From NCBI GenBank assembly GCA_038065275.1, contig JBBTRH010000009.1:1-50248 (forward strand): a stretch of 50,248 nt of DNA, read 5' to 3'. The position numbers and the translations under genes were made by a program. Positions 1-10,122 of this stretch are shown here, piece after piece. The number at the start of each line of letters is the position of its first letter. Positions within the stretch are counted from its first letter, which is position 1. Source of the stretch: Patescibacteria group bacterium (GTDB taxonomy: Bacteria; Patescibacteriota; Patescibacteriia; SBBC01; CAIJZX01). The notes under the pieces are model-generated. The model made no database searches. It was not told the origin of the DNA and saw only the letters and a list, made by a program, of their open reading frames with translations.

Positions 1-194
1 GGATACCCCTCTTTGTCCAGCGCCTGTTTCAACTGCTCCGGCTTCACCGAGTCGTCATGCTCGATCGTGAGCAGGCGTTTGCCGGTGTTGACCTCCGCCT
101 TCGTCACCCCCGGCGTGTCTTCGCAGATGCCTTCCATGACCATGGCGCAGGAATGACAATCCAGTTTCAAGACTTTGAACGAGGTCGTGGTCAT
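1..194 (-). CDS. Heavy-metal-associated (HMA/CopZ-like) domain protein, C-terminus cut by window edge
   Basis: Minus-strand ATG at 194. Hand translation is MTTTSFKVLKLDCHSCAMVMEGICEDTPGVTKAEVNTGKRLLTIEHDDSVKPEQLKQALDKEGY, with a CxxC (CHSC) metal-binding loop typical of HMA domains. Confidence 0.75.
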   Translation of the reverse strand, partial: MTTTSFKVLKLDCHSCAMVMEGICEDTPGVTKAEVNTGKRLLTIEHDDSVKPEQLKQALDKEGY

Positions 195-196
195 GT

Positions 197-1207
197 TTAG
201 ACGGCGTTAATTGTTCCGGTAAACATCCCCATGCCGCAAGAGAAAGTGTACTGGCCGGGCGCGGGGAAAGTGGCGACCAGCGGCGTGGTCGTATCGGGCG
301 TCAGCTGGGTCTCAATTTTAAGTTTCGGGATGCGGAAGATGCTGGTACAGCCGAGGCGTCCGATGGCGGCTAAATTGATGGTCACCGGCTGGCCGGCGGC
401 CACGGTCAACTCGCTCGGCACATAACCGGTGCCGCGGATGTTGATGGTCACATTCGTGGCCGCCACCTCGGCTGCATTCGACTTCTCCCCGCCGGCTAAC
501 GCCCAGGACAACGCTTTTACTTCATTCTGAACGGTGTACGGCGAGTCAACCATCACCAACGCGCCGTTGACGGTGTAGATGCCGAGGACGACGACGATGG
601 TCGCGGTCGCCCAGACCAGTTTCTGCTGGACTAAGCCCGCGCCTTTGGCCAGAATCCCGACCAGGAAGAACAGCGGCGCGGTGCCGAGGACGAAGGCGAA
701 AAGAATGGCCGCCCCTTTGACGGCGCTACCGGTGGCGACCGCGGCGGCTTCCATGGCGATGGTCGTGCCGCAGGGAATAAGGACGGTCAGCAGGCCGAGG
801 AAGGCCGGCGCCACCCAAGAGTCGTTCTTTGTCTGCCGGCGGATGAAGCGGCGGATGCCGGCCGGCGGAGTGATGGCCAGCCACGGCAGCCAGCGCGGGA
901 AGATAAGCCGGATGCCGGTGACGAGGATGAACAGACCGGCGATTGATTGTAGCCAGACGCTGACCGCCGTCGACAGCTTTAAGGTCGACCCGACCGCGCC
1001 GAGACCGAGACCGAGCAGGGTGTAAATAGCAATTTTCGCCGTCAAGAACGCCGCCACTGGCAACACCAGCGCGGTCCAGCGGCGCATTTGTCCGGCGCCG
1101 GCTAATTGTTGCTGAGCCAGTAATCCTAACAGCAACCCGCCCTGCACGGCCATGCAAGTCAGTCCGCCGGTGGAAATTCCGGTGATAAAGGCGGTCAGGG
1201 GGGACAT
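197..1207 (-). CDS. Multi-pass membrane protein (TauE/SafE- or DsbD_2-like) fused to a C-terminal cupredoxin-like domain
   Basis: ORF 197..1267. The likely start is the internal Met (MSPLTAFITGISTGG...) at 1207. The body is hydrophobic with multiple TM segments. The C-terminus ...YTFSCGMGMFTGTINAV resembles small cupredoxin-type metal-binding domains. It sits directly downstream of the HMA gene. Confidence 0.6.
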   Translation of the reverse strand: MSPLTAFITGISTGGLTCMAVQGGLLLGLLAQQQLAGAGQMRRWTALVLPVAAFLTAKIAIYTLLGLGLGAVGSTLKLSTAVSVWLQSIAGLFILVTGIRLIFPRWLPWLAITPPAGIRRFIRRQTKNDSWVAPAFLGLLTVLIPCGTTIAMEAAAVATGSAVKGAAILFAFVLGTAPLFFLVGILAKGAGLVQQKLVWATATIVVVLGIYTVNGALVMVDSPYTVQNEVKALSWALAGGEKSNAAEVAATNVTINIRGTGYVPSELTVAAGQPVTINLAAIGRLGCTSIFRIPKLKIETQLTPDTTTPLVATFPAPGQYTFSCGMGMFTGTINAV

Positions 1208-1447
1208 ACGTACTACACACTGTAGTACCAGTGGCGCAGGTCTGTCAACGGTCGGATCTTTTCCCAAACGTCAACCAGTCCGTCCCGCGGTCACCGTCCG
1301 TCCGCGACCCGGGCTTTAGACTTGTCAAAAATGTTCGCGGGCGGTATACTGTGCCTGCTTTCCGTTAATCCCGTTAGATATTTTCTATCGCCGATAAACA
1401 GCATATGACCAGTCAGCCGACACTATTCGCGGGTAATTCATAACGGG

Positions 1448-3289
<1,842 letters not shown>

Positions 3290-3358
3290 GCGGTGGACAA
3301 AAGTCGGCCTGGGTGGTAGAATAGGGTCAAGCTCGCTCGTTACGTAACAACGGAAAAA

Positions 3359-4381
3359 ATGCAAACCCTCAGTCTCATCTTCTCCTACGTCGGGATTCTC
3401 CTCTGGCTCTTCGGCCTGTACCTGGCGGCTTTTTCGCACCTGCGCGGCATTCTCGGTCGGGCGGCGGCGGTGATATGGCAGAAAAAGTATTTGTGGTTGC
3501 TGGCGTTTTTTGCCGGCATGACTGCTTACGGCGGCGAGGTGAACTTCCTATTCCGCCGGCTGAACACCGTCGCCTCCCTGCAGGGGTTTCTCGAAGGGGT
3601 GCGCCAGGCGTTCCTCGGCGGCCAGGTCGATCGTTTCCTGAACGCGACCTCAACCTTGTGGACGAATAACGTCGGGCGGATGACCGGTTACTTGGCGGTG
3701 ACAATCGTCATCTTCTTGGTCGTCGGCTGGCTGATTATCATGTCCCAGGCGGCCTTAGTCCGCATCGTCGGTCGCGGGCAACAGGGGAAACCGACCGGCT
3801 TGGTGGACAGCCTGTCCGTCGGCGCGGATAAATTCTGGGCCCTGGTCCAGCTGAACATCATCGGCCTGCTGGTCGGCTGGGCGGCCTGGGTCATCTTGAC
3901 CGCCGTGCCGGCGGCCATCTTCCTGATGAACACCATCACGGCCTGGTCGGTGGCGGCCTACGTCGGATCATTGCTGTCGATCGTCATCAGCGCCGCGGTC
4001 ATTTTCCTGGTGCAGTTCGCCACGGCGGGCATCGTCCTGAACGACGCTAAACTCATGCCGGCCATCGTCGCCAGCTGGCACCTCTTCACCCGGAACGTCG
4101 TCGCCAGCGTCGAGATGGCCATCGCCATTTTCACCGTCAACCTGACCGTTTCCTTCCTCATTCTCGGCGAACTGATGTTTTTCGTGAGCGCCTTTACCCT
4201 GGGCGGGTTCCTGGCCATCGTGGTCATCATCGTCACCCTCTACGCGATCTTGAGCGCCTTCAGTTTCAGCGGCTGGACAATTTTCTACCTCCGGCTGGTC
4301 GAGGGCAAGGCGGGTAGCAAGCTCGGCCAGTGGACCACCCAGCTAGCCAATTTCGCCGGTCAGAAGCGAGCCATAAACTAG
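3359..4381 (+). CDS. Hypothetical polytopic membrane protein
   Basis: 340-aa ORF that is strongly hydrophobic throughout. I recognise no family. Confidence 0.6.
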   Translation: MQTLSLIFSYVGILLWLFGLYLAAFSHLRGILGRAAAVIWQKKYLWLLAFFAGMTAYGGEVNFLFRRLNTVASLQGFLEGVRQAFLGGQVDRFLNATSTLWTNNVGRMTGYLAVTIVIFLVVGWLIIMSQAALVRIVGRGQQGKPTGLVDSLSVGADKFWALVQLNIIGLLVGWAAWVILTAVPAAIFLMNTITAWSVAAYVGSLLSIVISAAVIFLVQFATAGIVLNDAKLMPAIVASWHLFTRNVVASVEMAIAIFTVNLTVSFLILGELMFFVSAFTLGGFLAIVVIIVTLYAILSAFSFSGWTIFYLRLVEGKAGSKLGQWTTQLANFAGQKRAIN

Positions 4382-4544
4382 AACCCATCCCAAAAATCGC
4401 TGGCGAGCCACAGGGACGGAATTTCGTGGCGAGGCGCGAGTCGGAGGACGAAGAATACCAGCGGTATTTTGAGTCCGAGACGAAGCGCCGTAGCCCGAAA
4501 TTGCGACCCGTAGCGCCGGAATGGATTTTTGGGATGGGTTCTAG
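4378..4544. repeat. 167-bp palindromic element with perfect 21-bp terminal inverted repeats (CTAGAACCCATCCCAAAAATC)
   Basis: 4378-4398 is the exact reverse complement of 4524-4544. The outer CTAG could be a palindromic 4-bp target duplication. The left end overlaps the TAG stop of the 3359..4381 gene. Confidence 0.7.
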
Positions 4545-4675
4545 TCCTTGAAAAACGGTGTGGCCGGTGCTACCCTAGCACCAGCCCGGCGTTGACGGGC
4601 GGTGCTGGGCAAGCACTCCGGCTGGCTTTGATATTTCGGTCAAGCGAGAAGCGGCGATCGCAATGGGCTCTTAGC

Positions 4676-4747
4676 GCGCACCTAGCTCAATGGTAGAGCT
4701 CTCGTCTTATACACGAGTGGTTCCAGGTTCGAGTCCTGGGGTGCGCA
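4676..4747 (+). tRNA. tRNA-Ile (anticodon TAT)
   Basis: Hand-folded cloverleaf: gcgcacc/ggtgcgc acceptor, gctc-aatggta-gagc D arm, ctcgt-cTTATac-acgag anticodon arm, ccagg-ttcgagt-cctgg T arm. No encoded CCA. Flanked by a 9-bp complementary leader/trailer (ggctcttag / ctaagagcc). Confidence 0.85.
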
Positions 4748-4756
4748 CTAAGAGCC

Positions 4757-4850
4757 TAGGCGGCTGTCTTACTTGCCCCGCACCCGAAGCAAAGCGGAGT
4801 GGCGCGGGGTACACGGCCGGTCCATGGTTCGAATCCATGTCCGCCCACCA
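4757..4850 (+). pseudogene. tRNA-like 3' fragment (T arm, acceptor 3' strand, CCA) preceded by a CTTG-CCCCGCAC...GCGCGGGG hairpin
   Basis: A good T arm (catgg-ttcgaat-ccatg) is followed by tccgccc-acca. No matching 5' acceptor strand or D arm could be folded. The hairpin at 4772-4809 belongs to the CCCCGCAC family seen in other broken tRNAs. Confidence 0.4.
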
Positions 4851-4981
4851 ACAGACGATCATCATCCACCCCGTACGGCGGGGCAGGCACATGGGTGGTT
4901 GCGACCGGTCGTAACTTGTCCCGTCGCATGGGATGACCGGTCGAGTTCCGGCTTGCGCGAAGCCGGCCAACGCCTCGGCCC

Positions 4982-5048
4982 AAGCAGGTTTCTGGCGAAC
5001 GATAGTTAAACGAACCGATGGTGATTCGGCTAGGCGTTTTTTCTGGTG
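4982..5048 (+). repeat. Left copy of a 67-nt direct repeat ending in a hairpin, a T-run and TGGTG
   Basis: aagcaggtttctggcgaacgatagttaaacgaaccgatggtgattcggctaggcgttttttctggtg. It matches 8598-8664 with 5 mismatches by hand alignment. Confidence 0.8.
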
Positions 5049-5226
5049 CTCTAATCATATACTTTGCTCGAACTTGCTTTAAAAATTCCTGAAACCTTCT
5101 AATCACACAACGCCTCCGCGCCGTCCTTGTAATTTACAAAAAGCCCCCTGGGCTTGCGGGAAAAAGAAAATTGATGTATTGTGGCGATTAGTCAAAGGCC
5201 GTTCTTTGACAAAAAAGGAGATAATC

Positions 5227-6237
5227 ATGAAGAAGAAAACCGTTACACCCTTGCTCGGACAGGTCTTGCAGGAAATTGCTCCCCGCATCGGAGCCACCGT
5301 AGTTATGGAGCCTAAATGGAAGATCGTCGGCCAGATCATCTATCGGAGCGGACAAAAACGATACTTTAGGTATTCGAGCCTCGATCTAAACCCCCTCGGC
5401 GCCTCGGAAGTCGCCAAGGACAAGGACTACGCCAACTTCTTTATGGAAAAGATGGGGTATCCGATCGTACCTGGGAGCAGGACGTTTTACTCTAATGAGT
5501 GGGCAAAAGCGATTGGCTCGCCTCGCCGCAACATCGATGCTGCGTACCGTTATGCGGAAAAGCTGGGATTTCCGGTCATCGTCAAACCAAACAGCGGTAG
5601 TCAAGGTGCTGGTGTGGCCCTAGTCCATACTAAGCGGGAGTTTTACCGAGCGGTACGCGCAGTGTTTAAACGAGATCGGGTGGCACTCGTTCAACAGCCA
5701 GTGAAGGGCAGAGATTACCGCTTGGTTGTCCTGGACGATAGAGTAATTTCCGCTTATGCGCGGATACCGCTCAATGTAGTTGGGAACGGCACCTCAACCA
5801 TCAAGCGGCTCTTGCGGGAAAAGCAACACCGCTTTACTGCTTCGAGCCGCGATACAAGAATCAAGCTGGATGATCCGAGAATTGCGGAAAAACTCAAGCG
5901 TCAAGAGTTGAGTCTACGGTCGGTTCCGGCCAAGGGCGAGTGCGTTTACCTCTTGGATAACGCCAACTTATCCGCGGGAGGAGACGCGGTAGATGTCACG
6001 ACCACGGCCCATCCGGCGTTTAAACGAATCGCCGTCCGAGTGACTAAAGACATGGGGTTGCGCCTCTGTGGCGTTGACCTCATGATTGCCGGCGACATCA
6101 CCCAAAAACCAGGCCGGTACTGGATCCTGGAAATTAATTCTGCGCCAGGACTGGACCATTACGCCCAAACCGGACAGGCCCAGGGAAAAATCGTCGAGGA
6201 CCTGTATCTCGAAGTTCTCAAGAGCATGGAGAAATAG
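5227..6237 (+). CDS. ATP-grasp family ligase (RimK / cyanophycin-synthetase-N-terminal-like)
   Basis: ORF 5179..6237. I prefer the start at 5227 (MKKKTVTPLL), preceded by AGGAG. Motifs include VIVKPNSGSQGAGV, a DYRLVVLD-type central strand and ILEINSAPGL. Confidence 0.75.
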   Translation: MKKKTVTPLLGQVLQEIAPRIGATVVMEPKWKIVGQIIYRSGQKRYFRYSSLDLNPLGASEVAKDKDYANFFMEKMGYPIVPGSRTFYSNEWAKAIGSPRRNIDAAYRYAEKLGFPVIVKPNSGSQGAGVALVHTKREFYRAVRAVFKRDRVALVQQPVKGRDYRLVVLDDRVISAYARIPLNVVGNGTSTIKRLLREKQHRFTASSRDTRIKLDDPRIAEKLKRQELSLRSVPAKGECVYLLDNANLSAGGDAVDVTTTAHPAFKRIAVRVTKDMGLRLCGVDLMIAGDITQKPGRYWILEINSAPGLDHYAQTGQAQGKIVEDLYLEVLKSMEK

Positions 6238-6246
6238 CCAATCCAG

Positions 6247-6277
6247 CGCCGAAACATTGTTCGTTTCGGCGTTTTTC
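6247..6277 (+). terminator. Intrinsic terminator after the ATP-grasp gene
   Basis: gcgccgaaac-attgttc-gtttcggcg stem-loop followed by TTTTT. Confidence 0.7.
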
Positions 6278-6482
6278 TATATACTATGAGTATGAAGTCC
6301 CTGACTCGACACAAAGTATCTGTCCGCTGTCGGTTTCTGACCGACGAAATAGAATCAAAACCTGGCCTGGCTTCGTGTAAAACACCCCTTCTCCCGACCG
6401 ATAGGGCCGGCGTTCCTTTCTATATTTGTCTCTCGCTCTGTCGGGCGGGCTCTTATTTCGGCTATTTATCTCACTAGACATC

Positions 6483-7205
6483 ATGGAAAACATTATTAAC
6501 AATATTCAACGATACCTTACAAAAAGAAATCTTCTTTTCATCGCGATTTTTGCGGTGGTTGGATTTATCGCCCTTCAGATTCCAGTGGCACAGTTGGAGG
6601 GATCAAAGGTGAAGTTTACGATCTATGACACGTTCGCGCCGATCGCTGGCGCCTTCATCGGAAGTATCCCCGGAGTCATAGCGGTATTTCTGATGCAATT
6701 TTTCAACTTTCTGGCGCATGGAGCCCATATTGAAGATGCGGGGACGATCATTCGTTTTTTTCCAATGATTTTCGCGGCCCTCTACTTCGCAAAAAAAGGA
6801 AGATTCAATTTAATCGTTCCCGCAATTGCGATCGTGGCTTTCGTAGCCCATCCTATTGGCAGAACTGTCTGGTATTTCGCGCTTTTCTGGACCGTTCCTA
6901 TGGTTGCGTATTTCCTTCGCGATCGATTCTTGCTCGCGCGAGCGCTCGGATCGACATTTACTGCTCACGCGGTTGGCGGTGCTTTATGGATTTGGACATT
7001 TTCGCTTCCGGCGCCTGTCTGGAATTCACTTATTCCCGTAGTAACCATAGAACGCACTCTGTTTGCCATCGGAATTGCCGGATCTTTTCTGCTGGTCAAT
7101 AACCTCCTCTGTCTCGCAGAAAAGAAACACGTTCTCAATCTTAGCTTTCGCGTTAACCAGAAGTATCTGATTTATCCTCTTCGTGATTACTATGAACCCC
7201 GTTAG
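6483..7205 (+). CDS. Hypothetical integral membrane protein
   Basis: ORF 6426..7205 with likely start MENIINNIQ at 6483. About 6 hydrophobic segments. The stop codon TAG lies inside the TIR of the element at 7197. Confidence 0.6.
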   Translation: MENIINNIQRYLTKRNLLFIAIFAVVGFIALQIPVAQLEGSKVKFTIYDTFAPIAGAFIGSIPGVIAVFLMQFFNFLAHGAHIEDAGTIIRFFPMIFAALYFAKKGRFNLIVPAIAIVAFVAHPIGRTVWYFALFWTVPMVAYFLRDRFLLARALGSTFTAHAVGGALWIWTFSLPAPVWNSLIPVVTIERTLFAIGIAGSFLLVNNLLCLAEKKHVLNLSFRVNQKYLIYPLRDYYEPR

Positions 7206-7273
7206 AAATCTCAAGGATTAGCTAGTGGGGCAAAAAATATAGAGTGGCTATGACACACAAATTTCTAACGGGG
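7197..7273. mobile_element. MITE-like element, CCCCGTTAGA family, copy a (77 bp, TSD TGAA)
   Basis: ccccgttagaaat (7197-7209) is the reverse complement of atttctaacgggg (7261-7273). TGAA directly flanks both ends. Confidence 0.75.
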
Positions 7274-7809
7274 TGAAGCGAAAACGCGAACCCTCACGTA
7301 GAACCCGCTTTGTCGCTTTTGTCGCCGCGAGTGCTGACGGGCGAATCTCACTCACCAAGAAAACCTTACCGGACTGGACAAGTAAAGAGGATTGGCGTTT
7401 TTTTCAAAACTCGCTGGCGCATATTGATGCGGTTATTGTCGGTCGGAATACCTACCAAGCCGCCGCTACTCGTCTGCGCAAGCGAAGCACTTTCGTTCTT
7501 TCAAGTCGTCTGAAAACGGTGCGACACAGAGGGGCAGTCACCTTTGTTAATCCGGCCCAGGTTGATCTGGCGGAACTTCTTCGGCCGTACAAAACTGTTG
7601 CGGTTCTTGGCGGAGGAATTGTGTATCGCACCATGCTTGAGAGCGGCCTGCTCGACGAAATTTTTGTTACCGTCGAGCCGTTCATCTTCGGCCGTGGAAA
7701 AGAAATGTTCGTCGGCGGTACTCGGACGACGCAACTCCGCCTCTTATCGGTGCGGCGGCTCAATCGCTCCGGAACGATCCTTCTTCATTACCGGATTAAT
7801 CGTAGCTAA
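7273..7809 (+). CDS. RibD C-terminal domain / dihydrofolate-reductase-like reductase
   Basis: 178 aa with a GTG start. FVAASADGRISL...DAVIVGRNTY...VLGGGIVY resembles the RibD_C/DHFR-like fold family. Confidence 0.7.
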   Translation: MKRKREPSRRTRFVAFVAASADGRISLTKKTLPDWTSKEDWRFFQNSLAHIDAVIVGRNTYQAAATRLRKRSTFVLSSRLKTVRHRGAVTFVNPAQVDLAELLRPYKTVAVLGGGIVYRTMLESGLLDEIFVTVEPFIFGRGKEMFVGGTRTTQLRLLSVRRLNRSGTILLHYRINRS

Positions 7810-7815
7810 GTATCT

Positions 7816-8520
7816 ATGATCATCAAACAAATTAAAACGCGTATTTTTGAGGAAGGAGAAGATTTGATCGGTTTTATTACTGACCACTTTCGGCACTTGA
7901 AGGAAGAATCTATTGTCGTCGTAACCTCAAAAATCGTTGCATTATCAGAGAAGAGGACGGCGATTATCGAGAACGCTCAGACAAAAGAGAAACTTATTCG
8001 CGCCGAAAGTGAATTGGCTATTCCAACCAAATACGTCTGGCTCACCGTCAAGGACGGCATGGTAATGGCATCTGCGGGGATTGATGAATCCAACGCGAAT
8101 GGCAAGCTCATACTTTTGCCGCGAGACAGCTTCAAATCGGCTCGCTTTCTGCGAAAAGCATTACAGCGGAAGTATGACGTGAAACGCCTCGGTGTCCTCA
8201 TCACCGATAGTCGCACTATCCCCCTTCGTGCGGGTGTAACTGGTGTAGCTCTTGGCTATGCGGGCTTTCGTGGTGTAAAGGACTATCGCGGCACCCCGGA
8301 CATTTTTGGAAGAAAGTTTAAATTTTCTCGCACCGATATTGCCGATGGTCTTGCTACTGCCGCGGTGTTAGTGATGGGTGAAGGCAATGAACAACAACCG
8401 TTAGCGCTTATCGAGAAGATAGCGGTGGAATTTTGTGACAAGATTCATCGTAGCGAGCTACACATCGACATTCAAGACGATATGTACCGACCTCTCTTTG
8501 CGAAATTGCCAAAACCTTAA
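7816..8520 (+). CDS. CofE-like gamma-glutamyl ligase family protein
   Basis: 234 aa. VVVTSKIVALSE...ASAGIDESNA...VLITDS...GVALGYAG...DELA-type motifs match my memory of F420-0:gamma-glutamyl ligase (CofE) family proteins. Confidence 0.7.
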   Translation: MIIKQIKTRIFEEGEDLIGFITDHFRHLKEESIVVVTSKIVALSEKRTAIIENAQTKEKLIRAESELAIPTKYVWLTVKDGMVMASAGIDESNANGKLILLPRDSFKSARFLRKALQRKYDVKRLGVLITDSRTIPLRAGVTGVALGYAGFRGVKDYRGTPDIFGRKFKFSRTDIADGLATAAVLVMGEGNEQQPLALIEKIAVEFCDKIHRSELHIDIQDDMYRPLFAKLPKP

Positions 8521-8597
8521 ATTTTCAAAGAGCGTGTGGCAATCATAATTTACGAAACAAGGACGGCCCGACAGTCCTTCCATGACCGGCTTTGCGT

Positions 8598-8664
8598 AAG
8601 CAAGTTTCCGGCGAACGATAGTTAAACGGACCGATGGTGATTCGGCTGGGCGTTTTTTTTGGTG
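8598..8664 (+). repeat. Right copy of the 67-nt direct repeat
   Basis: aagcaagtttccggcgaacgatagttaaacggaccgatggtgattcggctgggcgttttttttggtg. The final TGGTG is the CCA end of the minus-strand tRNA-like gene at 8660. Confidence 0.8.
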
Positions 8665-8786
8665 GGCGACAGAGTCCCGCCGTATGGCGGGTTAACCTTC
8701 ACAATACCTGCCCCATATATGTCGAGCGCAACGAGACCTATACGGGATCAATGTGGCGCTCAAACCCGACTGAGCTCATATCCCGC
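8660..8786 (-). pseudogene. Aberrant tRNA-Val-like gene
   Basis: On the minus strand: gcgggatatgagctcagtcgggtttgagcgccacattgat...tgtgaaggttaa-cccgccatacggcggg-actctgtcgcccacca. The D arm and anticodon stem resemble the adjacent tRNA-Val. About 40 nt are inserted in the anticodon loop. The T arm is replaced by a 6-bp tetraloop hairpin. The acceptor strands are not complementary. Confidence 0.5.
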
Positions 8787-8838
8787 TGGTGGGCGACAGA
8801 GGAATCGAACCTCTGACCTCCACAATGTCAATGTGACG
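8787..8838 (-). pseudogene. tRNA-Val 3' fragment (anticodon arm to CCA)
   Basis: cgtcacattgacattgtggaggtcagaggttcgattcctctgtcgcccacca. There is no D arm or 5' acceptor strand; unrelated sequence takes their place. Confidence 0.7.
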
Positions 8839-8871
8839 CCCCGCCCGCTTCGCCTGCGAAAGAAAATCTCT

Positions 8872-8948
8872 TGGTGGGTCCGAGAGGAGTTGAACCTCTG
8901 ACCTCCACAATGTCAATGTGGCGCTCTAACCAACTGAGCTACGAACCC
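8872..8948 (-). tRNA. tRNA-Val (anticodon GAC)
   Basis: The reverse complement folds as gggttcg ta gctc-agttggtta-gagc g ccaca-ttGACat-tgtgg aggtc agagg-ttcaact-cctct cggaccc ACCA. Confidence 0.9.
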
Positions 8949-9173
8949 ATCAGCAGATTTCCTTTAATCTGAAATTTGTGGCTAAATGTACTCGCGAAGC
9001 AGGCGGGCGGGTCTAACTGCCGACAGCTGTCGGCATCCCGCCTGCCTTATTTGTTTTACAGGGGCGGGACAGCTGAGCTAACTGCCCCCCAGCGGGATAC
9101 GAGTTGGAAAGGATTATTACTTTGATAACAGAAACACAGAAACGAGGGTACCATACAGTCCGGCCGACATCAA

Positions 9174-9274
9174 CCCCGTTAGAGGCGAACGTAATTCGCC
9201 AGCTTAGCCGGTATTATTCAGGATGCTAGGAAAAACAGTAATGCAACTGGTATCAATATTCGCCTCTAACGGGG
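9174..9274. mobile_element. MITE-like element, CCCCGTTAGAGGCG family, copy b (101 bp, TSD TCAA)
   Basis: ccccgttagaggcgaa (9174-9189) pairs with ttcgcctctaacgggg (9259-9274). TCAA is present on both flanks. Confidence 0.8.
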
Positions 9275-9348
9275 TCAACCCAGCCCCATTTTTCGAGTAA
9301 AAAGTGGAGCTGAGTGGGCTGGATGTGCTATCATATATCCATTGGCCC

Positions 9349-10122
9349 ATGACCAAACGTAAGACAACAGCAGGTGTGCCGTGGTTGACGGTCGGCGCGA
9401 CTGGCGCGGTCATCCTAGCCATCGCGGCGGTGGCACTTATGCTTCGTCCGAAGCATATCCTGGCCCCGACGACGAACATGACTGATCCGTCGGCCGTGAC
9501 AATCACGACTGATGACGGCGTTCAACTGGCCGCGACCGTCAAGTATCCCGTCCGCGATTCGTTGTCTCCGGCCGTCATCCTGCTTCACCAATACGGCCAG
9601 GACCGGCATCAATGGGACCCATACCTCCAGTCATTTCTCGCCGCCGGCGCCGGAATCGCGGTGCTAAGCTATGATATGCGCGGCTTCGGGGACAGCCGGA
9701 TCGCGAATATCCCGGCCGGTCAGGCGGAGCACCTGGACAGCCTGCCAAATGATCTGCCGGCGGTCATCGCCTACCTTAAGCGGCAACCGTCGATTGATCC
9801 GGAAAAAATCAGCGTCATCGGCGCGTCCATCGGCGCCGACGTGGCTTTTGTCGGCATTGGTAGCCGCCTCGGGTTGTACCGGGCCGTCTTGCTCTCCCCG
9901 GTCGTGCGCGGGACGGCACTTGACGGCCATCAGGTGAGCGACTTCGCGCCCGTCGGAGTATACGGCCTGTCCGACGACAAAGAGCAAGGCGACCTGAAAA
10001 CATTCATGGCCAAGGTTGGAAACCCGAAACAGGATAAAATCGTACCCCGCGGCGGCCACGGTGTTGAACTGCTGACCGTCGCCGGCGTGCTCGACGGCAT
10101 CATCGCATGGATCAGCCGGTAG
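9349..10122 (+). CDS. Alpha/beta hydrolase (dienelactone hydrolase / S9-like), N-terminal TM anchor
   Basis: ORF 9304..10122 with likely start MTKRKTTAG at 9349. It has a nucleophile elbow GASIG, an LLHQYG oxyanion region and a C-terminal GGHG. Confidence 0.7.
   Translation: MTKRKTTAGVPWLTVGATGAVILAIAAVALMLRPKHILAPTTNMTDPSAVTITTDDGVQLAATVKYPVRDSLSPAVILLHQYGQDRHQWDPYLQSFLAAGAGIAVLSYDMRGFGDSRIANIPAGQAEHLDSLPNDLPAVIAYLKRQPSIDPEKISVIGASIGADVAFVGIGSRLGLYRAVLLSPVVRGTALDGHQVSDFAPVGVYGLSDDKEQGDLKTFMAKVGNPKQDKIVPRGGHGVELLTVAGVLDGIIAWISR

Noticed and set aside
4990-5010. A tmRNA-like tag frame, GCG AAC GAT AGT TAA (ANDS*), lies just downstream of a T-arm/ACCA fragment, hinting at a permuted tmRNA.
   Set aside because: The same sequence occurs twice (4982-5048 and 8598-8664). 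The tag would be only 4 codons. I could not find a 5' acceptor strand complementary to tccgccc, or any pseudoknot context.
6278-6482. A possible riboswitch (for example FMN) upstream of the membrane-protein, RibD_C and CofE-like genes.
   Set aside because: I could not recognise any conserved riboswitch core motifs in the 200-nt leader.
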